A DNA stretch of 57,922 bases from Promethearchaeota archaeon (GCA_048938025.1 JBHLMP010000019.1:1-57922); one strand, 5' to 3'. Shown: positions 1-10,820, counted from the first letter of the stretch. Notes: generated from the sequence alone by a model not told the origin. Numbers and translations are program-made.

Positions 1-306
1 CTTATTGCAGCAGTTTCAAATGCTTTAGGAGGAGTTTCAATCCCAGATTTGCCTATCGTGGCTGCTGCTCCCGAATACATGGAACAGAAGGCTACAATTG
101 ATGCCGTCTTCGCGTTAGCATTTGGATTATATACATACGTGAACCCAGTGCCTACAGTTACAGGTGGTCCCGATCTAGTTAAACTTTTAACTGAAAATTG
201 TAAAGATATTACAGGCGGTATTTTACACGTCGAAACCGATGCAATTCAAGCAGTTAATTCTATGTTAGATCATATTGAAATAAATAGGAAAAAATTAGGT
301 ATATAA
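1..306 (+). CDS. cooS: Anaerobic Ni-CO dehydrogenase catalytic subunit, C-terminal fragment (5' end outside window)
   Basis: Frame is open from base 1 (LIAAVSNALGGVSIPDLPIVAAAPEYMEQKA...RKKLGI); DLP..AAPE.M.QKA and R.KLGI end match the CooS C-terminus. Confidence 0.8.
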   Translation, partial: LIAAVSNALGGVSIPDLPIVAAAPEYMEQKATIDAVFALAFGLYTYVNPVPTVTGGPDLVKLLTENCKDITGGILHVETDAIQAVNSMLDHIEINRKKLGI

Positions 307-323
307 CTTTTTTTTATTAATTT

Positions 324-1286
324 TTATATTATGTTTTTAAATGTATTAATTATGAAAATTAATATAGTAAATCCGATGAGCCCAATCATAAATTTTATCG
401 GATCTCCTTTTTCTTTTTCTGGAATAACTTCTCTTACGATTAAATATAAAATGACACCTGAAATGAAAGAAAAGAAAATAAAGAGGAGTTCTAAATTATG
501 AGGGAAGATTGAATTTAAGATTAAGCCAATTAGAATTCCCGTAAATGCCGAAGTTGCTAGGATATACTTCTTTATTGGATTTACATCGTGTTCTATTTCC
601 TCATAAATTTCCAAATCAGTAAAAATGATATGTGCCTCAGATCTCTTTGTTATAACTGTTCGAAACCATGCAAATATAAAAAAAAGAATCCCAGCTATTA
701 ATTCGAAACTTAAAAGACCTACTAAAATAAGACCTATTAGAAAATGATATATATAATCAGTAAAATATCTAAAATTAGTCAATTCTTTACTAATATGATT
801 TTGTATTTTTATCTTATATTTTTCAATTTCATTCTTCATTTCTACTTCTTGTTCCTTCAAAATTAAGAGAGTTTGAGAAATCTCTTTTAAAGCTGCATTA
901 TCTAATTCTTCATGAGTTAATTCCTTTGTAAGGATGTTTTCCATATTGTCTTCTACTGATTCTAATGTTTTCTCTTTTTTAATTAGTTTCCGTATTTTTT
1001 TCTGGGTTTTTGATTCAACTTTTTGTAAAATTAATTTTTCAGATATATGGATAAAAGAAAATCCTATTAAAACAAAAAGATATTCAAAAAGTTCGGAATG
1101 AAATGGAAATTCTGGTAAATTTTTACCAATTTCGGGAAGGACAACAAGAAAAAAGTAAGAAACAGATATTCCTGCTATTAAAGAAGCATGTAGTTTGTTT
1201 ATTTTATACCCATAATAGTCAGAAATAAAAAACATTACTCCAAAAACTAAAGATAGAATAATAACTATTAGCAGATATACCGTCAT
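324..1286 (-). CDS. ZIP-like membrane protein with an internal coiled-coil loop
   Basis: Multiple TM segments; AGISVSYFFLVVLPE and GVILYLIVREVIPEKE motifs resemble prokaryotic ZIP-like proteins; about 85 aa charged helical insert. Confidence 0.55.
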   Translation of the reverse strand: MTVYLLIVIILSLVFGVMFFISDYYGYKINKLHASLIAGISVSYFFLVVLPEIGKNLPEFPFHSELFEYLFVLIGFSFIHISEKLILQKVESKTQKKIRKLIKKEKTLESVEDNMENILTKELTHEELDNAALKEISQTLLILKEQEVEMKNEIEKYKIKIQNHISKELTNFRYFTDYIYHFLIGLILVGLLSFELIAGILFFIFAWFRTVITKRSEAHIIFTDLEIYEEIEHDVNPIKKYILATSAFTGILIGLILNSIFPHNLELLFIFFSFISGVILYLIVREVIPEKEKGDPIKFMIGLIGFTILIFIINTFKNII

Positions 1287-1372
1287 TATTACTTCTAATA
1301 TTTTTAAGATTTTTTAAAGTTTTTAATATTACATAAATTAAATGATAATTTTAATCTATATGGTGAAGATAA

Positions 1373-2269
1373 ATTCAGTTTTTAATTATTACCTCAAGTG
1401 AAGATATTGCTTCGATGAATATTCGTAATAATTTGATCAATTCAAAATCTTATAAATTCAAGGAAACTGATCATTACTGGTATAACAACTTGATTTTTGA
1501 ATTTAAAGGTTTTTCTAATAAAAGGGAAGAAAGTTTAAATTCCAATCAAATATATCTGGGATTAACAAGAGAATCCCTTATATTTTTGAATGATTTAAAT
1601 TTAGTTAATTCAAAAATAAATCCTAATTTTGTTATATTTGCTAGTCGTCACAGATCTGAAGCACAGAGACCTGCTTTTTTAGCCCATCTAACTGGTAATT
1701 GGAGTAACAAAGCTGAATTTGGAGGTAATCCTCGTGAATTATCTTTAGCAAGTGCTCTATTATTTAAGGCTGGCTTTTTATCTTTGTTGGAAAACTCAAA
1801 ATCTACAATCTTAACTAATTTCTCAACTGATATGGAAGTGACTCATCATGGTCCTACAACTTTAAAGAAACCATTAATTTTTATGGAACTAGGGAGTACT
1901 AAGGATGAATGGAGTATTGATGAAGCTGGAGAGGTTGTAGCTAATTCTATTATTAATACAATTTATAAATATCTAGATTTTAAGAAAAAGAAAATTCAAT
2001 ATATTGGTTTAGGTTTTGGGGGTACACATTATGCTCCTAATTTTCAAAGATTAGTAATAAATAAGAACATTGCGATATCTTTTATTTGCCCTAAATATTA
2101 TATACAAGAACTAAATAGAGATTTGGTAACACAAATGATTGAAAATACCCTTGAAAGCGTTGATTATTTTATAATTGATTGGAAAGGCACAAATTCTGAA
2201 GATAAAAAGCACTTGATTCCTTTATTAGAAGAATTTGATATTCCTATTAAAAAGACCAAAGATTTTTAA
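1373..2269 (+). CDS. dtdA: Archaeal D-aminoacyl-tRNA deacylase (DTD2); probable ATT start at 1373 (first ATG 1415)
   Basis: FASRHRS, AHLTGN, EVTHHGPT, FMELGS and GFGGTHYAP motifs; the conserved N-terminal S..DIASMNI lies upstream of the ATG. Confidence 0.92.
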   Translation: MQFLIITSSEDIASMNIRNNLINSKSYKFKETDHYWYNNLIFEFKGFSNKREESLNSNQIYLGLTRESLIFLNDLNLVNSKINPNFVIFASRHRSEAQRPAFLAHLTGNWSNKAEFGGNPRELSLASALLFKAGFLSLLENSKSTILTNFSTDMEVTHHGPTTLKKPLIFMELGSTKDEWSIDEAGEVVANSIINTIYKYLDFKKKKIQYIGLGFGGTHYAPNFQRLVINKNIAISFICPKYYIQELNRDLVTQMIENTLESVDYFIIDWKGTNSEDKKHLIPLLEEFDIPIKKTKDF

Positions 2270-2298
2270 TCAACAAAAGAATTTTAATATTGAAAAAA

Positions 2299-3168
2299 TT
2301 AACTAGCTTCGTCTTTTATCATTTCATAATATTTTATCAAATTCTTAAATACATAATGAGTAGCAGCATATCCCTGAGTTGCCGATTTTGCCAAAACTGT
2401 AATGAGAAAATCACGATGCTTTACGTCCTTATCAGGAGTAACGTTTAATTCTCTAATATTATAAAAACTACGAACAAATAATGTTGGCCAATCAATAAGG
2501 GCTTGAAGTGATCGACCATATTGTTTTTTACCATCTTCACTTAATTCCAACTCTTTATTTAATTCATAAAAATTACTTTTACCTTTCTTTTTAATCTTTA
2601 TTATACCATCTGCTTTAATTTCATTCATAATCTTATTTAAATCGGCAGATTTTACATTCATAATATTCAACTTTTCTAAGCTTTCAAAAATCTCAGATGT
2701 TGTTTGACCTTTCAACTTAATTAACACATAATTTCTTGCAATTATATTGTATTTTAAAGGAACAGATTCATGATCTATTTTATTATATTGTATTAAATTA
2801 CCTAAAATTTGTTTTGCAACAAGATATTTAAGAATAATCTGGTCATCTTCAGAAAAGTCTTTTTTAAACAAATCAGAATCAAAATAATGATTATATAAGG
2901 TTTGTAATAATGATTTTATGGAATAAAATCCATCAACTACAGATTGTTCAACATTTTTCAACACACTAATTCTGTAATCGATATCATTAAGGAATTTTTC
3001 TTTGTCTATAGGTATTTGGCGAACATTATGAGGTTTGCTATTAAGAGGTTTTAAATATTCATCCCATTTTTTTTTAAAGCGATAAGATTGAGTTTTTACT
3101 ATGTTTGAGAGTTTATACACAACTTCAAACAGTTTATTTAAAAATTCAGCTTCAGAAACTTCAGTCAT
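2299..3168 (-). CDS. Hypothetical protein with a probable internal winged-helix segment
   Basis: 289 aa ORF; segment TTSEIFESL...EIKADGIIKIKKKGKSNFYEL looks wHTH-like. Confidence 0.6.
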   Translation of the reverse strand: MTEVSEAEFLNKLFEVVYKLSNIVKTQSYRFKKKWDEYLKPLNSKPHNVRQIPIDKEKFLNDIDYRISVLKNVEQSVVDGFYSIKSLLQTLYNHYFDSDLFKKDFSEDDQIILKYLVAKQILGNLIQYNKIDHESVPLKYNIIARNYVLIKLKGQTTSEIFESLEKLNIMNVKSADLNKIMNEIKADGIIKIKKKGKSNFYELNKELELSEDGKKQYGRSLQALIDWPTLFVRSFYNIRELNVTPDKDVKHRDFLITVLAKSATQGYAATHYVFKNLIKYYEMIKDEAS

Positions 3169-3338
3169 CCAAGAATTACCTTAACTCTATTACTTAAATT
3201 TTTTTTTGTTAAATAATATTAAAATCTGAAAATTTTTAAACTTTAGAAAAAAAATATAACAAAAATTAACTGTTTTATTGAATAAAAAGAATTAGTTAAT
3301 AAGGTTAAAATTGATCTCTCAAATGAGGTAAAAAAAAG

Positions 3339-3728
3339 ATGAAGATTGAACATATAGCAATTGCATCACCCTCAGAAAAAGAGGCTGATAAATTCTTCAT
3401 TGAATTATTAGGCTTAAAAAAAGTGAGAACTTTTTCGGTTCCAATAAATTTAATGGAAGCCTTTTTTGGATTGAAAAAAGAACAAGAAGTCATACGATAT
3501 GAAAATGAGGATTTAAGCGTGGAAGTATTTATTACAAATGACGATAGTAGATCAAAAGATATTTTTACTCATTCTTGTTTGTTAGTGAAGAATAGAGATG
3601 AACTTGTAGAAAAAGCCTCCTTGATGAGATTCACTGTGATAAAGGTTCCAAGGAAAGATGATAATGAATATTATATTTTCATTAAAGATGCTTTCCAAAA
3701 TCTTTATGAAATAAAAGAAGAACTATAA
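3339..3728 (+). CDS. VOC (glyoxalase/bleomycin resistance) family protein
   Basis: IEHIAI...FFIELLGL, second His strand (THSCL) and FIKDAFQNLYEI; GAGGT Shine-Dalgarno upstream. Confidence 0.85.
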   Translation: MKIEHIAIASPSEKEADKFFIELLGLKKVRTFSVPINLMEAFFGLKKEQEVIRYENEDLSVEVFITNDDSRSKDIFTHSCLLVKNRDELVEKASLMRFTVIKVPRKDDNEYYIFIKDAFQNLYEIKEEL

Positions 3729-3732
3729 TGTG

Positions 3733-4557
3733 TTATTCATCCCATACTGCTGATGCAAGTAAGTGTTCAATTCTTGTTTTCCTTGGTCTAATAAACTCTG
3801 TATGATGTTCTTTTCGTTCTAATAATAAACTCTTCTCAAGATTAACTGAGCTAACCATGTATACTTCTAAATTGCCCTCATCAAGATAAATTTGATTAAA
3901 ACTAGGGGTATCAGCAGCGCGAACTTTGTTTGAAGCCGAAGTACCACAGTAAAGAAATGTTGTATTAGATGAATTTTCCCAAGATATAACATAAGCATGA
4001 GGAACATGACGATGTCCCATCAATACCAAATCAATTTCAAATAGTTGGGTAAATTCTAAGATTTCACCTGCATCTCGAACGGTAGTAAATTTTTGTCCAG
4101 ACATTGGAATGGGTATTAAATGGTGATGTAATGCCATTATTCTATTTTCTAAGTTCTTATTAAAACATCTCCCTACCCAGTCAAGTTGTTCATCTCCAAT
4201 CATCCCCTCAGCCATATCATCTCTCGCAGAACAGATTCCAACAATAATAGTATCTTTGCCTTCAATTATCATTCTAGATCTTCGTGGTCCAATAAGTTTC
4301 TCAAAAAATATAAGACCTGAATTTTTTGCATCATGGTTACCTGGTACTGCAATAAATCTAGTAATCTCTTTTATTCGATTAATATATTCGATCACTTTTT
4401 TAAATTGAACAACTCTACCCTTGTGAACCACGTCTCCAGTACAGATGACAACGTCGGGACGATTATCTTTAATATAATTGATTATGTTCTCCATGTAATC
4501 AGGGACGAACTCCGATCCATAGTGAAGGTCGCTTATTTGTATGATTTCTACCATCAT
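3733..4557 (-). CDS. Calcineurin-like metallophosphoesterase (CpdA/Icc-like)
   Basis: DLH, GD, GNHD, HHH and GHRH motifs. Confidence 0.9.
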   Translation of the reverse strand: MMVEIIQISDLHYGSEFVPDYMENIINYIKDNRPDVVICTGDVVHKGRVVQFKKVIEYINRIKEITRFIAVPGNHDAKNSGLIFFEKLIGPRRSRMIIEGKDTIIVGICSARDDMAEGMIGDEQLDWVGRCFNKNLENRIMALHHHLIPIPMSGQKFTTVRDAGEILEFTQLFEIDLVLMGHRHVPHAYVISWENSSNTTFLYCGTSASNKVRAADTPSFNQIYLDEGNLEVYMVSSVNLEKSLLLERKEHHTEFIRPRKTRIEHLLASAVWDE

Positions 4558-4716
4558 TTCTCACCATTTTTATGATAATTACAAAAATGAATAATCTCTA
4601 CAATGTAATTTATTATGCTCAAAACTATTTATTTTTAATTAGTTTTTTACTTTAAAGAATAAAGCTTTAAATTACAAAAAATATACAATTAATTTTAAAA
4701 AATAAAATTAAAAAGT

Positions 4717-4920
4717 TTAACTAGAACTTCTTATTTTTAGCTGAGATATTCCAGCATTTAATGGGTGCCTTAACTTACGCTGTTTAGTTAATTCCTCAAG
4801 AGTATTTACATTTCTACAGTAATCACAAATTCCATCTATATAAACATAGCGAATTTTACCGCATTGAGGGCACCAAAATTCTTCTTTAAATATCGGCTTC
4901 ATACGTTTATTCACATCCAT
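4717..4920 (-). CDS. Small zinc-finger protein
   Basis: CPQC-x10-CDYC in a 67 aa ORF. Confidence 0.5.
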   Translation of the reverse strand: MDVNKRMKPIFKEEFWCPQCGKIRYVYIDGICDYCRNVNTLEELTKQRKLRHPLNAGISQLKIRSSS

Positions 4921-5095
4921 AATTTTTATCTAAATTTGAAATTTTAATAATATCTATGAAAATTTGTTCGATAATAGATTCAATTGACCTTTTAAAAGAA
5001 ATACATGGAATCTGAGTTCTTAAACCTGGATATTCCTCTCTCTGGTTAAAGAAATTATCTGAAATCTTATCAAGCATATTATCAAGACTTTTCAA
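4907..5095 (-). CDS. Small hypothetical protein (uncertain)
   Basis: 62 aa TTG-start ORF overlapping the next small ORF; no recognisable motif. Confidence 0.25.
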   Translation of the reverse strand: MKSLDNMLDKISDNFFNQREEYPGLRTQIPCISFKRSIESIIEQIFIDIIKISNLDKNYGCE

Positions 5096-5160
5096 TCCTA
5101 TTTAATATAAATAAAAAAAGAATTAGATTTAAGTTCTCTCGCCATATTCTATAAATACTA

Positions 5161-5252
5161 TATACTCTATATAGAAAAAATTAATAGCTTGATGGTCGAG
5201 ATATGATGAAATTTAAGATTCGATTTTTATAATGTAAAAAATATATAGAGTA
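5161..5252. promoter_or_regulatory. Candidate regulator-binding motif (TCTATATAGA palindrome core) with an 11-bp inverted partner
   Basis: TATACTCTATATAGAAA at 5161-5177; TACTCTATATA (5163-5173) is the exact reverse complement of TATATAGAGTA (5242-5252). Confidence 0.35.
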
Positions 5253-5288
5253 GAATAGAATAAATGCAAATTCTAACAATAAATTAAA

Positions 5289-8246
5289 TTAAGCTCTAAA
5301 GAAATTATGTTTTATATGTTGTAAAACATTTTCTGAAGATATTCCTTTTTTAGGTATGGATCCTTGCCCAAAATCTTTTTTGCCTCCACCCTTTCCATTA
5401 TAGTGCTTAACTGTTTTTGATACAATGCTACCAATATTAATATCAGATTTCAATGATAAATTCCGTCCTGCCATAGCCATAAGAGTAATGTCTTTTTTGG
5501 TTTGATTTGAAATAAATACAATGGAGTTTGGTTCTTTTTTCAGAAGTTTCTGGCTCAAATTCTTTAAATCATCAAGGTTTAAATCATTCGTTGATTCAAA
5601 AATTAGCTTAGTATTTTGATAATTTTGAGCATTTTCTATTATTTCTTCAATCGACTCATTAGTAAATAAATCCTTGATGTCAGACAACTTTTGTTTTCCT
5701 TCTACCCATTCATCATAAAGTTTTTGAATTTTACTTGGCACATCGTCTTTTTTAATACTTAAGAATTGAGAAATTTCTGTTAGTACATCACCTTCAAATG
5801 TTTCAGAGGAGGTTAATTGTAAATCACTCTCATTTACTTTACCAGATTTAAGTGCTTTATTGACGTTTTTCCACTTTTCAAATAATTCTTTTACTCGTCC
5901 TACGAGTTGCTTACGATCAACATTTAACAGAACCTTTAAGTCATCAAGAATTTTTTTGTGTTTTTGCCTTAACTTTTCTGTAGCCTCTCCTGCTGTAAAA
6001 GTAAGTCTAACAATGCCATCTTGAATCTTCTGTGATTTTGTAATGTGTATATAACCTGCTTCAGATGTGTTATTTAGATGTGTACCTCCACAAGCCTCTA
6101 CTTCAATATTTGGGATTTCTACAATTCGTATTTGCTTACCAGGCACAGCTCCACCTTGATATATTGTCATTCCATATTTCTTTTCTGCTTCAGAGCGAGG
6201 AATAAAACTAAGATTTAGATTTATTGCTTTATCAATGATCTTATTAGCTTTTTTTTCGATTTCATTTAATAATTCTCTCGAAATTTGTTCATAGTGAGTT
6301 AAATCGAGGGAACTACTCTTAAGTGTCTTCTTTGCTCCCGCTTGATTAATATGGCTACCTAAAACTTCACGAGCAGCTGCATTTACAATATGAGTAGCCG
6401 TATGGTGTTGCGAAAGTTGTGTACGCCAATTTTTATCAACTTTGATTTTAACTATATCACCTTCTTTAAATTTTGGCTTCTTTTCAAGAACGTGAATTAC
6501 ATGATTACCTTGTTTAAAAACATCGTAAAATTTTTGACCATTAATATCACCTATATCATGGAGTTGTCCTCCAGAAGTAGGGTAAGCAACTGACTGGTCT
6601 ACAATAACCATATTATCGATTATTTTCAAAACTTTAGCGTCATTAGATATATTAGTATAATCATAATAATACAATGATTTGGTTTTAGGTATCCCTGCTA
6701 AATCTAATTCAATTTCTTTTTGGGTTGCATGAATCTGCTCAGTTGTTTCATGTCTTTCTACAACTAAACTATAGAAATTATCAGGTATCTTTACAATTTT
6801 ATTGAATTTTTTAGCAGTTTCTTTTACCAAATCAGGATTAATACCATTAGAATCATATAATTCAATTAAAGTTTCAGTAGTAATCTCTCCTTTTTCAAAT
6901 TCTTTTTCCAATATTCTTTTTGCTTTTTTCTTGTTAGCATAATATTTCTCCTTTTCAACATTCAAAATTTTCCTAATTTCATTCAAATGTTCTGAAACTT
7001 CTGGAAAAATATCTTTTAATTCTTTAGCATGCCAATCACAAACATCAGCAATATCAATATTCCAATTAAATTTATCTATAAAGCTAATCGCGCGTCTAAA
7101 AATTACTCTCAGGTTATAACCCCCTCCCACATTAGAAGGAAGTTTCCCATCATTAATAGCAAATAGTAGGCTTCTAGCATGTTCTGCTATAGAATATGAT
7201 GCTGTCATTGGTAATATTTTATTTCTTAGTTCATTTGGATCCATCATTAATTCATTTCCAACTCTTTGCCATGCAGAATCCATATCATCAACTTCATCAA
7301 TGTTTAAAAAAGCTGAATAACGGGAAAATCTATTATATAAGTGCAAATCTAAATCGATATTGGTGATTTCTCTTAATTTTGATAATACATAAGGAAATGT
7401 TGCCTCATATATATTAGGGGTTCCCTGCGAAAACCACGCAACTCTCTCTTGACCAAGGCCCATATCTAATACTTTGAGTTTAAGTTCTTTTGGACCCTCG
7501 GGGGATTGTTCAAACAACATATATACTTGATTAAAAAGCTCTACTCCTCTACTAAAAAATTCTAAACTACAACCAAATGAGCCCCCACCTGCCCAAGAAT
7601 CTTCATGTATGGTTAATTCTTTCTTTGGGACACCAACACCTTTATGAATGAAATCGTGCATGTCCATAAACAGTTCACCCTGATTCCATTCTTCTGGTGG
7701 AACGAATGAATGCTGTCCAATCATTACAAAGCCTGAATTATGTGAACCTGTCAATCCTACGTTCTCGATATCATTGAATCTTAAACAAAATTGAGGTATT
7801 AAAAGCTTTTTAGCAGGAGGTTCAACTTCACCTGTAATTACATAAGGTTGGAAGGCAGATATAGAAGCTATAGTAAATTCTGAAGTTGGATTCCACCTTG
7901 CCACACATGGGTATCTTTTTATTGGAACATACCCCCTTGGCTCTAAAACTTCTACAATCTTATCCCATACTCCTATAAATGAGAGCTTTTCTTTAGATGG
8001 ATTATTTACAGTAACTTGAAAACCTCCAGAACACATGGGGTCTCCGCATACAGTTCTGTCTTCAAGTACTGTCCAAAAATAATTACCACAACATTCGCAT
8101 TGTTTTCTTATATATCCTAAATTTTTAAGTTCTTTAGTAGGAAAGTATTCATCAGGATTTTTTGAAGCTATCTTTTTAAAAACTGATTTTAATTTTTTAT
8201 CCGTCTGAGCATTTTTTAATTTATCTAAAGCAGCTTTAGTAAGCAT
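5289..8246 (-). CDS. alaS: Alanine--tRNA ligase, archaeal type
   Basis: N-terminal CECC...CGDP, VARW, QFCLRFNDIENVG.TG.H, DMGLGQER, GGQLHD.G, HHTATH, CGGTH and DHHA1 GKGGG. Confidence 0.98.
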   Translation of the reverse strand: MLTKAALDKLKNAQTDKKLKSVFKKIASKNPDEYFPTKELKNLGYIRKQCECCGNYFWTVLEDRTVCGDPMCSGGFQVTVNNPSKEKLSFIGVWDKIVEVLEPRGYVPIKRYPCVARWNPTSEFTIASISAFQPYVITGEVEPPAKKLLIPQFCLRFNDIENVGLTGSHNSGFVMIGQHSFVPPEEWNQGELFMDMHDFIHKGVGVPKKELTIHEDSWAGGGSFGCSLEFFSRGVELFNQVYMLFEQSPEGPKELKLKVLDMGLGQERVAWFSQGTPNIYEATFPYVLSKLREITNIDLDLHLYNRFSRYSAFLNIDEVDDMDSAWQRVGNELMMDPNELRNKILPMTASYSIAEHARSLLFAINDGKLPSNVGGGYNLRVIFRRAISFIDKFNWNIDIADVCDWHAKELKDIFPEVSEHLNEIRKILNVEKEKYYANKKKAKRILEKEFEKGEITTETLIELYDSNGINPDLVKETAKKFNKIVKIPDNFYSLVVERHETTEQIHATQKEIELDLAGIPKTKSLYYYDYTNISNDAKVLKIIDNMVIVDQSVAYPTSGGQLHDIGDINGQKFYDVFKQGNHVIHVLEKKPKFKEGDIVKIKVDKNWRTQLSQHHTATHIVNAAAREVLGSHINQAGAKKTLKSSSLDLTHYEQISRELLNEIEKKANKIIDKAINLNLSFIPRSEAEKKYGMTIYQGGAVPGKQIRIVEIPNIEVEACGGTHLNNTSEAGYIHITKSQKIQDGIVRLTFTAGEATEKLRQKHKKILDDLKVLLNVDRKQLVGRVKELFEKWKNVNKALKSGKVNESDLQLTSSETFEGDVLTEISQFLSIKKDDVPSKIQKLYDEWVEGKQKLSDIKDLFTNESIEEIIENAQNYQNTKLIFESTNDLNLDDLKNLSQKLLKKEPNSIVFISNQTKKDITLMAMAGRNLSLKSDINIGSIVSKTVKHYNGKGGGKKDFGQGSIPKKGISSENVLQHIKHNFFRA

Positions 8247-8525
8247 TGCATACCACGAAGAATAAAAAATAAATAATTACTTTATGAATTTAAATAATTT
8301 ATATCCTAAAATTTTTACCAAAATATTAATAATTAATTTACTTAATTTGTGAAAACTAATATATTGTCTAATATCTATATAATCTCTAATACTTGAAATC
8401 TTGAATTTGAAATAAATACGTATTTTTATCATTCATTCCATATAGATAAACCTTTTAAACAATAGAAATGATTTTTTATTTACAAAAAAATTCTAATTAG
8501 AATTAAAAATTGAGGTGAAAATCAA

Positions 8526-8828
8526 ATGGCCCATATTTTAGTTACTGGATGGTACCCACCAGATAAAGCTCAAGAGTTACTGAAAGTGTATATGTCTAAA
8601 AATAAACCAGTATACCCTGACTTCGTAAAAAAAATTCATCATTGGACAGTCGTATCTTCAGAAGGTTATTATAAAACATATGCTGTATATGAGTTTCCAG
8701 ATGATAAAATAATGGAAACTTTAATGGCAATCGGTAAAAGATATACTTTATATGCCACAGTGGAGGGCTACAGATACTATCCTGAATTATTATTAGATGC
8801 TGAAGAAGCAATCAAAATGATGTTTTAA
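8526..8828 (+). CDS. Hypothetical protein (small alpha/beta)
   Basis: 100 aa ORF with GAGGTGA Shine-Dalgarno and a poly-T tract downstream. Confidence 0.75.
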   Translation: MAHILVTGWYPPDKAQELLKVYMSKNKPVYPDFVKKIHHWTVVSSEGYYKTYAVYEFPDDKIMETLMAIGKRYTLYATVEGYRYYPELLLDAEEAIKMMF

Positions 8829-8873
8829 TCTTAATAAATTAATTCTTTTTTTTTTTAAATTTTTAAACTATAA

Positions 8874-8978
8874 TTTGGTGCGATTCTAACAGTTACAGAA
8901 GGAATTTCTGCTCAAAAAATGTATGTGAAATTTGGATTTAGAAAATATCCTTCATTTTATATTATAACAGATACTTAG
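8874..8978 (+). pseudogene. Remnant of a GNAT acetyltransferase C-terminus
   Basis: Start-less frame after TAA reads FGAILTVTEGISAQKMYVKFGFRKY..., matching the GNAT motif L.V...N.A..LY.K.GF. Confidence 0.5.
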
Positions 8979-9059
8979 AAATAGGATAAAAAAGAGTTAA
9001 AAACTTTTTTTTGAATCTTAGTGATACTTTTTAAAATAAAAACCATTTCTTTTTATTAC

Positions 9060-10364
9060 ATGACCGAAATACTATTACCCGCAATAATATTGATATTAAT
9101 ATTATTTGCAATTTTGATGGCTTTTTTTTCTCAACAAAAGTTTGATTATTTCCCTATTGCATTAATCATAGGGGCCATCGCAGTAGTTTCAATGCTCACA
9201 TTTACTGATGTTGAAGAGGGAGAAATTCTTGGATTTATTAATTTTAAGACGCTAATCTTCCTATTTGGTATGCAGATAGTTATCTATTTTGCTACTGATG
9301 ACCGAGTTTTGGAATATATCGCGATTAAATTGATTCATATCACGAAAGGAAATAATAGATTATTTTTCTATATGATTTGCCTTTTTACAGGCATTATTGT
9401 TGCCTTTATCGAGGATTTAACCCTCTCGTTGATATTAGTTCCATTGATTTATAGAACTTGTCGATTTTTAAAAATACCTGCTGGTACATACATGATGGGA
9501 ATGACCATCACTATAAATATCGGTGCAATACTCACGCCTGTCTCAAGTTTAAAAAATTTAATAATCGGTCAAGAATTTAATTGGGGTTTTAGGGAGTATT
9601 TTGCTAATATGGGTATTTTATTTATAATCACGTTAATATCCACCATTTACTTGATAGATAGATTTATATTGAAATCTGAAGAAGAACCAACTGAAGAAAA
9701 TAAGAAGATATTTTTATCAATGATTGATCCAGGGGTTGTGATCCAGAATAAGAACTACTTTTTAATGACAAGCTTCATTCTTCTCGCCACTTTCATGTTG
9801 ATGATCTTAGGATTCGAACCTGCTCTTGTCGCTATTATATCTGCAGCTATACTTCTTCTAACTCACTCTAAGAACTCTAATTTCTCAGATCTTAAAAACG
9901 ATATTGAGTGGAGAATCATCATTACATTTGCGATTTTGTTCATACTTTCGAATTCTTTATCTAGATATGGCTTTTCAGAGTTGATCTCTACAGGTTTGGT
10001 AGACTTGGTAAATAATAACATTTATCTTGCTGTATTGATAACATTGAGCCTGACTTCTCTCTTGTCCGCATTTCTAGCTGGAACTCCTGTAACCATAATC
10101 CTTCTCCCGATTTTTTCGACATTCATAGGAGAAGGTTTCTTTCCTAACCCAATCATCATTGCTTTCATAAGTGGTGTTAACATGGCAGGTAATTTTTTAC
10201 CACAAGGTTCTGCGTGTGATCTTCTCACCTTGTCATTGGCAAAAAAATACAAAGTGGTGAATTTAGATTACAAACGCTTACTAAAAAACGGCTCAATATT
10301 CGCAACGATTCACTTCTTAATTATATTAGGATATACAATGCTTTATACATTAATTTTAAGTTAA
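9060..10364 (+). CDS. ArsB/NhaD/SLC13 (CitT-like) ion transporter
   Basis: About 12 TM helices; NIGAILTP...KNL and NMAGNFLPQGSACDL repeats typical of the IT superfamily; ATG 9060 preferred over GTG 9021. Confidence 0.85.
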   Translation: MTEILLPAIILILILFAILMAFFSQQKFDYFPIALIIGAIAVVSMLTFTDVEEGEILGFINFKTLIFLFGMQIVIYFATDDRVLEYIAIKLIHITKGNNRLFFYMICLFTGIIVAFIEDLTLSLILVPLIYRTCRFLKIPAGTYMMGMTITINIGAILTPVSSLKNLIIGQEFNWGFREYFANMGILFIITLISTIYLIDRFILKSEEEPTEENKKIFLSMIDPGVVIQNKNYFLMTSFILLATFMLMILGFEPALVAIISAAILLLTHSKNSNFSDLKNDIEWRIIITFAILFILSNSLSRYGFSELISTGLVDLVNNNIYLAVLITLSLTSLLSAFLAGTPVTIILLPIFSTFIGEGFFPNPIIIAFISGVNMAGNFLPQGSACDLLTLSLAKKYKVVNLDYKRLLKNGSIFATIHFLIILGYTMLYTLILS

Positions 10365-10379
10365 GAAATTTATTATTTT

Positions 10380-10820
10380 TTATAATTCTAAAACTTGAAG
10401 TCTTGAATATCCTTCTTTAATAAAATCATAATCAAGAAGTTCTATTTTTTCAGGTATAATTTTTAATATTAGTTTTCTTTTTCCTCGTACAGTTTTCTGA
10501 GCTTTTTGGAATTCTTCATCTCCTTCTTTTAAAAATATCAATCTTTCTTTCCCAGAAGCCGTAATCTGCATCCCTTGGATTTTTCCTTCGGATAATGGAG
10601 TATAGATGCCAATACTAATAATTGGATTTTTTTTAATATTCTTAACTTTTCTTCCAGGGGAAGGTCCTACATATATATTAAAACTATCTTTTTCTGTATA
10701 GAAATCCATAGGAGTTGCTCTCGGTATATTATCACTACAAGTACATAATACTAACACTTTTCTTTTATCCAAGAAATTTAGGATCTCACTTTTTAATTTA
10801 GCTTTAGGCATTTCACTCAT
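10380..10820 (-). CDS. Pyridoxamine 5'-phosphate oxidase-like FMN-binding split-barrel protein
   Basis: VLCTCSDNIPRATPM and RKVKNIKKNP motifs. Confidence 0.8.
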   Translation of the reverse strand: MSEMPKAKLKSEILNFLDKRKVLVLCTCSDNIPRATPMDFYTEKDSFNIYVGPSPGRKVKNIKKNPIISIGIYTPLSEGKIQGMQITASGKERLIFLKEGDEEFQKAQKTVRGKRKLILKIIPEKIELLDYDFIKEGYSRLQVLEL

